This document shows, one piece after another, positions 18,034-28,563 of a stretch of DNA of 64,000 nt; positions within the stretch are counted from its first letter, which is position 1; each line of letters opens with the position of its first letter. Source of the stretch: Candidatus Poribacteria bacterium (lineage in GTDB: Bacteria > Poribacteria > WGA-4E > WGA-3G); NCBI GenBank assembly GCA_965205015.1, contig OZ242029.1:352001-416000 (forward strand), in the 5' to 3' direction. The notes below the pieces were generated by a model. That model did no database searches. It was not told the DNA's origin and was given only the letters and a program-made list of their open reading frames with translations. The position numbers and the translations under genes are program-made.

Positions 18034-21000
18034 TTATGTAAGTACAGGCTTCAGCCAACGCTTTGTCGTTTCGATGTCCATACCGGTGCGTTCTGCATAA
18101 TCCGAAACCTGATCCTCTCCAATCCTACTGATGCTGAAATACCGAGACTCAGGATGCGAATAATACCAGCCACTCACAGACGCTGCCGGAAACATCGCCA
18201 GACTTTCGGTGAGAGAAATACCCGTATTTTCTGGGACATTCAGCAGGTCAAACAGCACCCGCTTCTGATTGTGATCTGGACATGCAGGGTATCCAGGTGC
18301 CGGACGAATCCCGCGATATCTCTCAGCAATTAAATCCGTATTATCCAACGCCTCATCTGGTGCGTACCCCCAAAGCGTCAGACGCACGTACTGGTGCATC
18401 TGCTCTGCGAACGCCTCCGCCAAGCGGTCTGCGAGCGCCTTCGCCATGATGCTGTTATAATCGTCGTGTTCCCGCTCAAATTCAGCACAGAATTCGGAGA
18501 CACCGATACCCGTTGTCACCGCAAATGCCCCTATATAATCCTGAACGCCAGTCCCTTTCGGTGCGATGAAATCACCAAGACTGAGGTTCGGTCTCATAAA
18601 CGGCTGTTCCGTCTGTTGACGGAGATGATGCAACGTCCCGAGCGTTTCTGTGCGTGCCGTATCTGCGTAAATCTCGGTATCCTCACCGACCCCGTTTGCA
18701 GGAAACAAGCCGACGACGGCACGTGCCTTAAACCGTTTTTCTCTCAGGATGATATGCAGCAGGTTTTCAGCATCTTTAAGAAGTTTACGCGCCTCCTCAC
18801 CGACTTCCGGGTTGTCTAATATATTGGGATATTTACCGCGGAGCCCCCACGTCGTAAAGAACGGACTCCAGTCGATAGAGTCAGCCAGTTTCGCTAACGG
18901 ATAGTCGTCAAAGACTTGCGTACCTATCAGGCGCGGCGTAGGCGGTCGATAATTTTGCCAGTCCAGCGCGGATCTGCGTTCCTGCGCTACATTGAACGGA
19001 AGTAAGTTCGCCTGTTTCCGGTTTTTCGCCCGCCGTTCTCGAATATCTGCGTATTCCTCACGCGTCTGATCGGTAAATGTCCGCTGTTTCTCAGGGCTCA
19101 TCAAGTCGCTGACGACCCCAACGCTTCGGGAAGCGTCTTTGACATGAACTGTTAAGCCGGTATAGACAGGTTCAATCTGAACAGCGGTATGTATCTTTGA
19201 GGTCGTTGCCCCCCCAATGAGGAGTGGAATGCGGAAGCCTTCACGTTCCATCTCTTCAGCGACGTTTACCATTTCATCTAATGACGGCGTGATGAGTCCA
19301 CTCAATCCGATAATATCAGCGTTTTCTCGGCGTGCCGTCTCCAGAATATCTTCCGCGGGGACCATCACCCCGAGGTCAACAATGTCATAGTTATTACATC
19401 CGAGCACAACGCCGACGATATTTTTCCCGATATCGTGAACGTCGCCTTTCACAGTCGCCATTACAATTTTGCCTCTCGATTGGATGCCCCCTTCCGCCTG
19501 TTCCTGCTCAATATACGGGATGAGGTGTGCCACTGCCTTTTTCATCACACGCGCGCTTTTTACCACTTGCGGTAGGAACATTTTGCCGTCCCCAAAGAGT
19601 TCACCGACGCGGTTCATACCGTCCATCAAGGGACCCTCAATCACCTGTATCGGACGCTCATAGTTCTGCCGTGCTTCCTCTGTGTCGGTTTCCACGTATG
19701 CAAGGATGCCTTCGACGAGGGCGTGTCGGAGACGCGCTTCAACCGGCGATTTTCGCCACTGTCGACTGACCCGCTTCTTTTTCCCTTTCCCGTGGAGCGT
19801 GTTCGCCAGATTCACAAGTCTATCCGTCGCGTCCTCTCGGCGGTTGAACAGGACATCCTCTACGGCTTCTAAGAGCGGCTTGGGGAGATCGTCATAGACG
19901 GCGAGCTGCCCAGCGTTGACGATTCCCATATCCATGCCAGCGTTGATTGCATAATAGAGGAACGCCGCATGCATCGCCTCTCTGACGGGATCGTTACCCC
20001 GGAACGCAAATGAAATATTACTGACCCCCCCACTGACGAGGGCGTGTGGACACGTAGCTTTGATTTCTCTGCAGGCTTCAATAAACGCCCGCGCATATTC
20101 GTTGTGTTCTTCAATACCCGTCGCAACAGCGAAAATATTCGGGTCGAAGATGATGTCCTCCGGGGGAAAACCGACCTCTTCGGTCAGGAGTCGATAGGCT
20201 CTCCGACAGATTGCGACCTTCCGTTCGTATGTATCCGCTTGACCTTCTTCGTCAAACGCCATCACAATCACCGCCGCACCGTATTGACGCACCGTGCGCG
20301 CTTTTTCTAAGAAATCTTCCTCGCCCTCTTTCAAACTGATCGAATTGACGATCCCTTTCCCCTGAATACATGCCAACCCTGCTTCTATCACCTCCCACCG
20401 ACTGGAATCCAGCATAATCGGCACACGACTGATATCCGGTTCTGCCGCAATGAGGTTCAGGAACTTCACCATTGCCGCTTCGGCATCTAACATACCTGCG
20501 TCCATGTTGATGTCAATAAGTTGCGCCCCGTTTTCTACTTGATCGCGCGCAACTTCCAAGGCAGCCTCATAGTCCTCTTTTTTTATCAGCGTTTCAAATC
20601 GTCGGGAGCCCGTTACGTTTGTCCGCTCACCTACGTTAACAAAGAGAGAGTCCGCGGTGATATTGAAAGCCTCCAAGCCGCTGAGTCGGCAGGCGCGTTC
20701 TTGTGGCATCGGGTCTCGCGGCGGGTATTCAGCAGCGATCTTCGTAATCGTTTCAATATGTTCAGGGTGAGACCCACAGCAACCACCGACGATATTGACA
20801 AACCCGTTTTCTGCGAATTCGCGAACCCATTTCCCCATCTCTTCTGGGGACTGTGTGTAGCATCCGAGTTCATCGGGGAGCCCTGCGTTCGGATAACAGA
20901 TAGTCGGGATGTCGGCTATTTTTGCTATCTCTGCGAGGTACGGACGAATTTGTTGAGAACCGAAGCCGCAGTTCAACCCGACAGCGAGCAGATTCGCATG

Positions 21001-21708
21001 CCGGACGGAGTTCCAGAAGGCTTCGACGGTTTGCCCGGAGAGGTTTCTGCCGCCACCGCCGCTCCTGTCAGAGGAGACAATGAGAGGGATCTCAACGCCT
21101 CGCGTTTCAGCAAGGGAGTGTATGGCAAAAAGCGCGGCTTTGCAGTTAAGCGTATCCATGACGGTCTCAAGGAGGAGGAAGTCTGCACCGCCATCAATCA
21201 AGCCTTCCGCTTGCGTCGTGTAAGCAGAGATGAGTTGTGAGAAAGTGATATTCCGATAGCCGGGATCGTTCACATTCGGCGAAATCGAGCAACTGCGGTT
21301 GGTAGGTCCCATACTCCCGGCGACAAAGCGCGGTTTGTCGGGTGACGTCCACTTATCTGCTACTTCGCGTGCGATGCATGCAGCCGCATAGTTTACCTGA
21401 TAGGCGACATCCTGGAGTTGGTAGTCTGCCATCGACACGGACGTGCTGGTAAAGGTATTCGTTTCAATGATATCGGCGCCGGCACTGCAGTAGTTTGCGT
21501 GTATTTCTTTTACAATATGGGGTTGTGTTATGGAGAGCAGATCGTTGTAGCCTTTGAGTTCACACGGATGATCGGCGAACTGTTCACCTCGGAAATCCGC
21601 CTCTGTGAGCCGATAGGTCTGCAACAGGGATCCTATCGCACCATCGAGGACCAGAATCCGTTTCTCCAGTTCATTTTTAAGATTTGCTATTTTTTCGGTG
21701 TTTGCCAT
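18034..21708 (-). CDS. metH: Cobalamin-dependent methionine synthase
   Basis: 1224 aa; [40 protein letters not shown]. Confidence 0.98.
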   Translation of the reverse strand: MANTEKIANLKNELEKRILVLDGAIGSLLQTYRLTEADFRGEQFADHPCELKGYNDLLSITQPHIVKEIHANYCSAGADIIETNTFTSTSVSMADYQLQDVAYQVNYAAACIAREVADKWTSPDKPRFVAGSMGPTNRSCSISPNVNDPGYRNITFSQLISAYTTQAEGLIDGGADFLLLETVMDTLNCKAALFAIHSLAETRGVEIPLIVSSDRSGGGGRNLSGQTVEAFWNSVRHANLLAVGLNCGFGSQQIRPYLAEIAKIADIPTICYPNAGLPDELGCYTQSPEEMGKWVREFAENGFVNIVGGCCGSHPEHIETITKIAAEYPPRDPMPQERACRLSGLEAFNITADSLFVNVGERTNVTGSRRFETLIKKEDYEAALEVARDQVENGAQLIDINMDAGMLDAEAAMVKFLNLIAAEPDISRVPIMLDSSRWEVIEAGLACIQGKGIVNSISLKEGEEDFLEKARTVRQYGAAVIVMAFDEEGQADTYERKVAICRRAYRLLTEEVGFPPEDIIFDPNIFAVATGIEEHNEYARAFIEACREIKATCPHALVSGGVSNISFAFRGNDPVREAMHAAFLYYAINAGMDMGIVNAGQLAVYDDLPKPLLEAVEDVLFNRREDATDRLVNLANTLHGKGKKKRVSRQWRKSPVEARLRHALVEGILAYVETDTEEARQNYERPIQVIEGPLMDGMNRVGELFGDGKMFLPQVVKSARVMKKAVAHLIPYIEQEQAEGGIQSRGKIVMATVKGDVHDIGKNIVGVVLGCNNYDIVDLGVMVPAEDILETARRENADIIGLSGLITPSLDEMVNVAEEMEREGFRIPLLIGGATTSKIHTAVQIEPVYTGLTVHVKDASRSVGVVSDLMSPEKQRTFTDQTREEYADIRERRAKNRKQANLLPFNVAQERRSALDWQNYRPPTPRLIGTQVFDDYPLAKLADSIDWSPFFTTWGLRGKYPNILDNPEVGEEARKLLKDAENLLHIILREKRFKARAVVGLFPANGVGEDTEIYADTARTETLGTLHHLRQQTEQPFMRPNLSLGDFIAPKGTGVQDYIGAFAVTTGIGVSEFCAEFEREHDDYNSIMAKALADRLAEAFAEQMHQYVRLTLWGYAPDEALDNTDLIAERYRGIRPAPGYPACPDHNQKRVLFDLLNVPENTGISLTESLAMFPAASVSGWYYSHPESRYFSISRIGEDQVSDYAERTGMDIETTKRWLKPVLT

Positions 21709-21828
21709 AGATATATTATGCCCTCTTTATGAGAAACTTTCACGTCTGGATTGCGTATCAATACGTCGTGTGTTATAATATACCATACAGGGAACCACCT
21801 TGTCCATTTAAAGTCTATGAAACCACCT

Positions 21829-22209
21829 ATGCAAACGCAAAACAGAGAACGTGAACGTTCCGCACACGCCCATAAATACGCCATCCATTTTGACATCCTT
21901 CCAGAGATTTCCTATCTCAATGAAGACCTACCCGTCTTAATAGCGGACCTCCTGCCGATTTTTCACGATTTCCCAGAAGAGGTCTGGATCTCTGAAAAAT
22001 GGGTAGATGAAGGACTCGACTTCTGTCGGGTTGTTTTCTGGGTGTGTTCTGAATCCCCCGACGCCATTAAAGCTTTCGGCAACTGGTTTCAGGCGATATT
22101 CCGAGAACCCCCCATCGCCGAAGTTTTAGAGCGTCTCGTCACGCATGCCTTAGACGATCCCAATGATATAGAGGTTATCCTGACGGATTGGACGCGTTTG
22201 GCGAATTGA
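21829..22209 (+). CDS. Hypothetical protein
   Basis: ORF with ordinary protein composition; start uncertain. Confidence 0.55.
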   Translation: MQTQNRERERSAHAHKYAIHFDILPEISYLNEDLPVLIADLLPIFHDFPEEVWISEKWVDEGLDFCRVVFWVCSESPDAIKAFGNWFQAIFREPPIAEVLERLVTHALDDPNDIEVILTDWTRLAN

Positions 22210-22940
22210 TCGGAATTGCCTGATTCCAAACTGTGCGAATCGCAGATAAGGTGAAGGATTACGCACCTTCCACGGAAAATTAAAATTTTTGTTGACAGAA
22301 TTTGTTTTTTCGCTGAAAATACCGTATACTTTCAATAGTCAGGTTTGGGCTTTTATAATTTTTAGTTTGAATTAAATGGAAATTGACGTATTGTAACTAT
22401 AATTTAAGTTGCCATCTGCGTAGCAGCATCTTTTAGAGTGTGCATATTAGGACGCAGATAAACAGTCTTCACCACCCTAAAATCTTGTCCGTAGCAACTT
22501 GAGTTATAATACGACCCCTTGCGTAGCAAAACACGGAAAAATGCCGTATGCGCAAGTTTCCGAACCCTTAAATCGGCTGCAGGTGATACGCATGCAGAAC
22601 AGACGGATCAATTTTAACACCACCAAACCGATTTTCCCCGCGCCTCAAATGGACGACGTGCGTGGTAACACCGTCCCCTTCTGTGCCCCGCGTTCATCGA
22701 TAATTTGCCGTGTTAACGTAGAGTTAATAACGGTTACAAGCCCCCCCCCACTTCACATCCGTTAGGCAATATTTTTCACAATATGGTATCGGCAATGATT
22801 GCCGTGCTGGATTCTTCGCGCCCGTGCGTCCTTTGTCTTGCACAGAGTGTCTCGTCGCGGGCTTTTTTTGTTGCCTTTCCCTTGCTAACTTGTAGAGACT
22901 GTTTCCACGTGCTCCGCGCAGCTTCATAAAGGAGATAAAA

Positions 22941-23381
22941 ATGTCATTGATACAAACAAAATACGGCGAGATCAGAGACCGTATGAAACCCGGAGATGTC
23001 GTTGCTTTTTCAGGGAAAAAAGCCCATTCAGAGATAATAAAGTGGGCTACGAGAAGTAATGTGTCACATGTTGGTATTGTTCTTCAATCCAGGTTAATAG
23101 TAGATGGGGAACCTAAAGGTCGCGTTTTCAATCAGGTCATGGAGGCAACCGATTCAGGAGTAAAACTTGTAAACCTGAGCGGTAAACAACAGGTTTATGA
23201 GGGAGAGATAAGGAGAAATCCAAAGAACAAAACACGCAGTTTCATCTTAACACTGCTACGGACGTGGGGGGATGCTTGTCGGTATTCTGGCAAGTGCGAT
23301 AGCCGCTTTAAGCAGAGTCGCAAGCCAATAGCAATTTTTGAAGTGCCACCGTTAATCGAGACCAAAAATCAACAAAGTTAA
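22941..23381 (+). pseudogene. N-terminal part of a YiiX/YebB-like permuted papain amidase
   Basis: MKPGDVVAFSG..IKWATRSNVSHVGIV..VMEAT; similarity appears to end at ~23210, with the continuation at 31062. Confidence 0.6.
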
Positions 23382-23419
23382 GACGCGTGTTTTGCATAAG
23401 TCCTATAGGAGGATTTTCT

Positions 23420-24547
23420 ATGAAAACCCATATCAATCTTTTCACGCTTGTATCCATCTGCCTCCTGACACTTCTCCTCAGCGGTATGGGTGGGTGTAAC
23501 ACAGAAGAGGAAGCACCGATTGTGTTCGTCCAAGCGATCCCTGCCGATGGCAGCGCGATCCAGCCAAATGGGACGATTGTCGTGACGTTCGATGGTCCCC
23601 CGACAGGACTCAACGTGACGGGTGGTAAGTTTTCGCTATCGGGGACGACTGCGACGGTAGTCGGTCCGTTTACACCCGGCACGCTAACCCTCGTGCTAAC
23701 GTGGACAGGGGGTGCGATGGCATTGACGTATACCGTCTCTGATGCGCCAGCAACTGTTGATAGTTCTGACCTTCCACCTGCCCCCGAAGGGATGGTGCTG
23801 GTCCCCGCAGGCGAATTCCAGATGGGCAGCGAGGATGCCGAAGCGGATAATGATGAACAACCCGTCCACACGGTTCACGTAGATGCGTTCTATATGGACG
23901 CGTATGAAGTGACAAATCTGGATTACAAAAAGTTTGTGCTTGCGAACCCACAGTGGCAGAAGGATCGTATTCCCAAGGCACTCCACAATGGTCATTACCT
24001 GAAGCATTGGAACGGTAACAACTATCCTGTGGGGAAGGCGAACCATCCCGTGACGTATGTGAGTTGGTATGCGGCGATGGCTTACGCCGAGTGGGCAGGG
24101 AAGCGTCTCCCGACGAATGCGGAATGGGAAAAAGCAGCGCGTGGCGGGAAGTCAGGGTTGAAGTATCCGTGGGGGAATACGATTTCAAGTGGTCGTGCGA
24201 ACTATGGTAACAATGTAGGGGATACGCGGGAAGTCGGGAGTTATTCAAAGAACGGTTATGGTCTGTATGACATGTCTGGGAATGTGTCGGAATGGTGTCT
24301 GGATGCGTATGATGCGAATTTCTATTTTTCATCTCCGCGTCGTAACCCCCTTTCAGATGTGAATACGATAGCGAACATAGACTTAATTATAAATGACTAT
24401 TCAAAAATTAAGTCGTCCCGCGTCTTGCGTGGCGGCAACTGGGCCCACACGGCTCCAAGCGCGCGGGTCGCCTCTCGCGGCAGCTATGCGCCAAGAGGCA
24501 CGTGGTTCACCCATGGTTTTCGTTGTGTGAGGTCTGTATTCCCTTAA
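23420..24547 (+). CDS. Lipoprotein with Ig-like domain and FGE/SUMF1 (C-type lectin fold) domain
   Basis: LSGMGGC lipobox; GEFQMGS, YEVTN, KRLPTNAEWEKAARGG, GLYDMSGNVSEWC, RGG..GFRC. Confidence 0.92.
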   Translation: MKTHINLFTLVSICLLTLLLSGMGGCNTEEEAPIVFVQAIPADGSAIQPNGTIVVTFDGPPTGLNVTGGKFSLSGTTATVVGPFTPGTLTLVLTWTGGAMALTYTVSDAPATVDSSDLPPAPEGMVLVPAGEFQMGSEDAEADNDEQPVHTVHVDAFYMDAYEVTNLDYKKFVLANPQWQKDRIPKALHNGHYLKHWNGNNYPVGKANHPVTYVSWYAAMAYAEWAGKRLPTNAEWEKAARGGKSGLKYPWGNTISSGRANYGNNVGDTREVGSYSKNGYGLYDMSGNVSEWCLDAYDANFYFSSPRRNPLSDVNTIANIDLIINDYSKIKSSRVLRGGNWAHTAPSARVASRGSYAPRGTWFTHGFRCVRSVFP

Positions 24548-24966
24548 ATCTTAACGCCTTATATCCTACCTGCGTAGCGGGTGGACAGCACCAAAAATCG
24601 GGTCTATAGACATATCACGCCTCTGACGTGAGGAGACACATTGAGGCTGGCATCGGCAAACATATTGGAAACCATATCCCGAAAATAGGTAGGATGTGGA
24701 CTTGCTCCAGCAGAGCAATATGTCTGTAGAACACCATTTATCAGACCGCCGCACTCCAGCGGAGTGCTATGTCTATCATCAAATGGCGATATCAACCGTC
24801 CAAGCCGTTCCAAAACTCTATGATGTCATTCTGTGGCTCATGGGACGTGTATAGCAAGCCAATAGCAATCTTATGAATACGTTAGGACTGACGCAGTTTT
24901 GAAGGTAGTTAGAGAACAGCTCGTAAAAGGGAACAAACGTTGGTATTTGATAAAAGAGTATCTCAA

Positions 24967-27303
24967 ATGAAAGTTATATTTTCGGTATTCAGTGTTATCC
25001 TGTTACTGCTCGCCGGGCTTTGCCTTGAGGTATCCGCGAATCTCACGCTTGAACAGATGCAAAACAAGCTGAATGGCGCAACCCTGATTTCAGGAGTGAA
25101 TATTCAGAAAGGGGATATGTCCCTCGCACCCTCGACAAAAAATGCATTCCGAACCCGGAGTAAAAGCGAGTTCATCCTCATACGACAGTTCGACGCAACA
25201 TGCGGCACGACATCGGCTGAAATGGTGCTCCATTACTATGGACAAGATGTCGGACAACAAGAAATCTGGGACTCCGGCGGCGTTTATGTGATTGAGGTGG
25301 GGTCGTTTCCAAGCGAAATCAGGCAGGCATTGAATCGGTTAGGTGTTCCGGCACACTGGTATCATAAGGCGAGCCTTGAACATTTAAGACACTGGGTTAG
25401 ACAAGACCGCCCTCCGATTGTCCTCTTGAGATTCGGTGAAGTTCTCCATTACGTGGTGGTTGTGGGTTACAATCGCCAAGGCGATTTCCTACTGGCTGAC
25501 CCGAACTACGTGTTTCGTTGGATGTCCACCGCTGATATGCGTCTCGGTTGGTCGCTCAATTCCCCTGGACTCCCTAATGAAAATTATAAGGTCGAAAATG
25601 GGTTTGAATCGTTCGCTTTGAATATATTGACACGCGGCGTAGATGTACTCACGGGGGGTGAGAACGTTATCGTCCCGCTTGCCCCTCCGAACAAACGGTT
25701 TCCGCCAAACTATAACGCTGTGCCAATTTTAAATGGACAGTTCATTGATGGGGGTAGAGCCGTGCGTGGTGGTAATCGCTTTAATCCTACATGGAAGACC
25801 AATTCCTGGGAGGAAACGTTTACGTTTACCGAGGACATTGTGGACTACCGCGTCTCAGATGTCGTCCCGGCGGAATTTGAGAATCTTGGAGGACTGGAGC
25901 CCGCGTATATTCAGGGACATCAACAGGTAGACGATAGAACGGTAAAAGTCTGGGGCAGGATTACCCCCGGCACCGTCACAAAGGGACGGATTTTTGTGTT
26001 TGTGCGGGGCTACAAGGCACCCTTACACGGTGGCATCAAAACCGTGTCAAGCACCCAAAGTCAGCGGTATTATAGTGAATGGGACATCGGCAATCTTGAT
26101 GAGAGGTTTTCTTGGCACGCTTTCACATTCCCGGGAGATGTCGTCGGTTATACAATTTCAGCGGGGATCAATTTTGAAGACAGATTCCGGGCTGAACTTG
26201 TGGAGCATCATAAGACGGGCAATCAGGTGAAATTTAAGATTATGCTGAAGGAACACCTAATTGAGAAAAACGGCATTACCGTGAATGTAACGGCGCATTA
26301 CGAACCCCCGGTTCCCGGGCGTTTTGAACTTTCTTACGCCGGTTCTCTATTGGATATACCCTCAGGCCAGCGTAAGACGCTGAACGTTACCGTCTATTCG
26401 ACGAACGGACACCGCATGCCGGGCATGAGCGTCCAATTTCTTGATACCGATGACGCCAAAATAGCGTTTTCTCCGACTTCTGTGAAGACCAACAATTCAG
26501 GGGTCGCCACAAGCACAATGAAAACGGGGAGTTCAGGGAACGCTGACTTTACAATACGGGTTGACGGATTGTCTGATGAGCAATATAACGTTTCGGTAGC
26601 CAAAGTGCTAAAAGAACACGTAGAAAAAAAGTGGTTCTCGAGTGATCCTATATACTGTAAAAAGAAGTTTGGGGGAGTATGCATCTCATGGGAGACCGAT
26701 CCGTATACCTCAAGTCATCATATTGATGTTCCCTCATGGGTTTCTATACACACTTATTCTATAACGACGCATGTCCCTGTTGAAGACCGTCTCACCCCAC
26801 CGTCCGTCAAAAGTCATTCGCGAAGCGGCAATAGGGTAAATCTAAGGATTAGATTCGAGCGACATGCGTTAGAATCAAACGATATTTTAGTAAGCGTCCA
26901 CGCCAAGTACTGGGGGAGTGAGCCGTCGCCGGGTGCCCCATTGAATCCGGACGCGCGTCCTGACCCCGATATGGTAACCGCTGCTTGGCAGGACCTATCC
27001 TATATCCCATCACATACCACACTCTTACCGAACTATCCGAACCCATTCAATCCCGAGACGTGGATACCCTATCATCTCGCGGAATCTGCGGAGGTGACGC
27101 TGACGATCTATTCCACCGATGGCAGATTGGTTCGGACATTGGCGTTAGGACATCAACCCGCGGGTATCTATGAAAACAAGAGTCGTGCCGCCTATTGGGA
27201 TGGCAGAAATACTGTAGGGGAGCGCGTCGCGAGTGGTCTATATTTCTATAGGTTCACAGCAGGCGATTTCACCGCTACCGGCAAGATGCTCATCCTGAAA
27301 TAG
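24967..27303 (+). CDS. Secreted C39-like cysteine peptidase with Ig-like repeats and FlgD/T9SS-like C-terminal domain
   Basis: QFDATCGTTSAEMVLHYYG, HYVVVVGY, LLADP; Big_1-like KTNNSGVATSTM; NYPNPFNPETWIPY...GKMLILK. Confidence 0.85.
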   Translation: MKVIFSVFSVILLLLAGLCLEVSANLTLEQMQNKLNGATLISGVNIQKGDMSLAPSTKNAFRTRSKSEFILIRQFDATCGTTSAEMVLHYYGQDVGQQEIWDSGGVYVIEVGSFPSEIRQALNRLGVPAHWYHKASLEHLRHWVRQDRPPIVLLRFGEVLHYVVVVGYNRQGDFLLADPNYVFRWMSTADMRLGWSLNSPGLPNENYKVENGFESFALNILTRGVDVLTGGENVIVPLAPPNKRFPPNYNAVPILNGQFIDGGRAVRGGNRFNPTWKTNSWEETFTFTEDIVDYRVSDVVPAEFENLGGLEPAYIQGHQQVDDRTVKVWGRITPGTVTKGRIFVFVRGYKAPLHGGIKTVSSTQSQRYYSEWDIGNLDERFSWHAFTFPGDVVGYTISAGINFEDRFRAELVEHHKTGNQVKFKIMLKEHLIEKNGITVNVTAHYEPPVPGRFELSYAGSLLDIPSGQRKTLNVTVYSTNGHRMPGMSVQFLDTDDAKIAFSPTSVKTNNSGVATSTMKTGSSGNADFTIRVDGLSDEQYNVSVAKVLKEHVEKKWFSSDPIYCKKKFGGVCISWETDPYTSSHHIDVPSWVSIHTYSITTHVPVEDRLTPPSVKSHSRSGNRVNLRIRFERHALESNDILVSVHAKYWGSEPSPGAPLNPDARPDPDMVTAAWQDLSYIPSHTTLLPNYPNPFNPETWIPYHLAESAEVTLTIYSTDGRLVRTLALGHQPAGIYENKSRAAYWDGRNTVGERVASGLYFYRFTAGDFTATGKMLILK

Positions 27304-27432
27304 GATTAGTCTCACAATCGTTTCTACCGAATGTAGCACGTTGCTAACTTGTAGCACAAACTTTCCAGTTTGGGTTCTCCTGTGAATGCGCAAACTAAAA
27401 TTTTACGCTACAAAACTCTAAGGAGATCTTTG

Positions 27433-28539
27433 ATGAAACCGTATATCAATCTTTTCACAGGTATCTGCCTCAGCATCGCTATCGTTTTCCTCAGTGGCAT
27501 GGGTGGATGTAATACAGAAGACGAGGTAGAACCAGTCGCTTTCGTCTCAGCGACTCCCCCGGATGGCAGCACGATCCAGGAAGATGCGACGATAACCGTC
27601 ACTTTTGACGGCACCCCCACAGGGTTGAGCGTGTCAGGTGGACAATCTTCAGTCCCTGGAACCAATGTGAGGATAACGGGTCCATTTACACCGGGTCCCC
27701 TGGCGCTCCATCTGTCTTGGGCAGACGGTGTGGTATCACTCACGTACACCGTGGAAGCCGACATCCCACCCGCTCCCGAAGGCATGGTGCTGATTCCCGC
27801 AGGCGAATTTGAGATGGGCAGCGAGGATGCCGAGGCACTCCCACGTGAACAGCCGGTTCATACCGTCTATGTAGATGCGTTCTATATGGACGCGTATGAG
27901 GTGACGAATCTGGATTACAAGAAGTTTGTGCTTGCCAACCCACAGTGGCAAAAAGATCGAATTCCGAGGGCACTCCACGATGGTGAGTACCTGAAACATT
28001 GGAACGGTAACGACTATCCTGCGGGGAAGGCGAATCATCCTGTGACGTATGTGAGTTGGTATGCGGCAATGGCTTACACCGAGTGGGCAGGGAAGCGTCT
28101 GCCGACGGAGGCGGAATGGGAGAAAGCAGCGCGTGGCGGCAAGGCAGGCTTGAAGTATCCGTGGGGAAACACGATATCCAGCGGTCGTGCGAACTACGTT
28201 AAAAATGTAGGGGACACGACGCGTGTCGGGCGGTATTCAGCGAACGGTTATGGTCTGTATGATATGAGTGGCAACGTCTGGGAATGGTGTCTGGATGCGT
28301 ATGACGAGAACTTCTATTTTTCGTCTCCGCGTCAGAACCCCTTGAGTGACGTGAATACGCTGGGGAATGCGAACTTAATTATAGACGACTATACAAATGT
28401 GAAGTCACGCCGCGTGCTGCGTGGCGGCGGCTGGAGCAATATAGCTTCGGACGTGCGGGTCGCCTCTCGCATCAACACTAGGCCAGCGAGTGCGGGCTCC
28501 GACGTCGGGTTTCGTTGTGCGAGGTCTGTATCCCCTTAA
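27433..28539 (+). CDS. Paralogous FGE/SUMF1-domain lipoprotein
   Basis: Same architecture and motifs as 23420-24547. Confidence 0.92.
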   Translation: MKPYINLFTGICLSIAIVFLSGMGGCNTEDEVEPVAFVSATPPDGSTIQEDATITVTFDGTPTGLSVSGGQSSVPGTNVRITGPFTPGPLALHLSWADGVVSLTYTVEADIPPAPEGMVLIPAGEFEMGSEDAEALPREQPVHTVYVDAFYMDAYEVTNLDYKKFVLANPQWQKDRIPRALHDGEYLKHWNGNDYPAGKANHPVTYVSWYAAMAYTEWAGKRLPTEAEWEKAARGGKAGLKYPWGNTISSGRANYVKNVGDTTRVGRYSANGYGLYDMSGNVWEWCLDAYDENFYFSSPRQNPLSDVNTLGNANLIIDDYTNVKSRRVLRGGGWSNIASDVRVASRINTRPASAGSDVGFRCARSVSP

Positions 28540-28563
28540 CTCTTAACAATTTAACGCCTTCTA

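Noticed and set aside
21709-21830. Cobalamin or SAM riboswitch upstream of metH
   Set aside because: Short region with no recognisable consensus
23420-28539. True formylglycine-generating enzymes
   Set aside because: The catalytic Cys pair after RGGS is absent, so these are FGE-fold binding proteins
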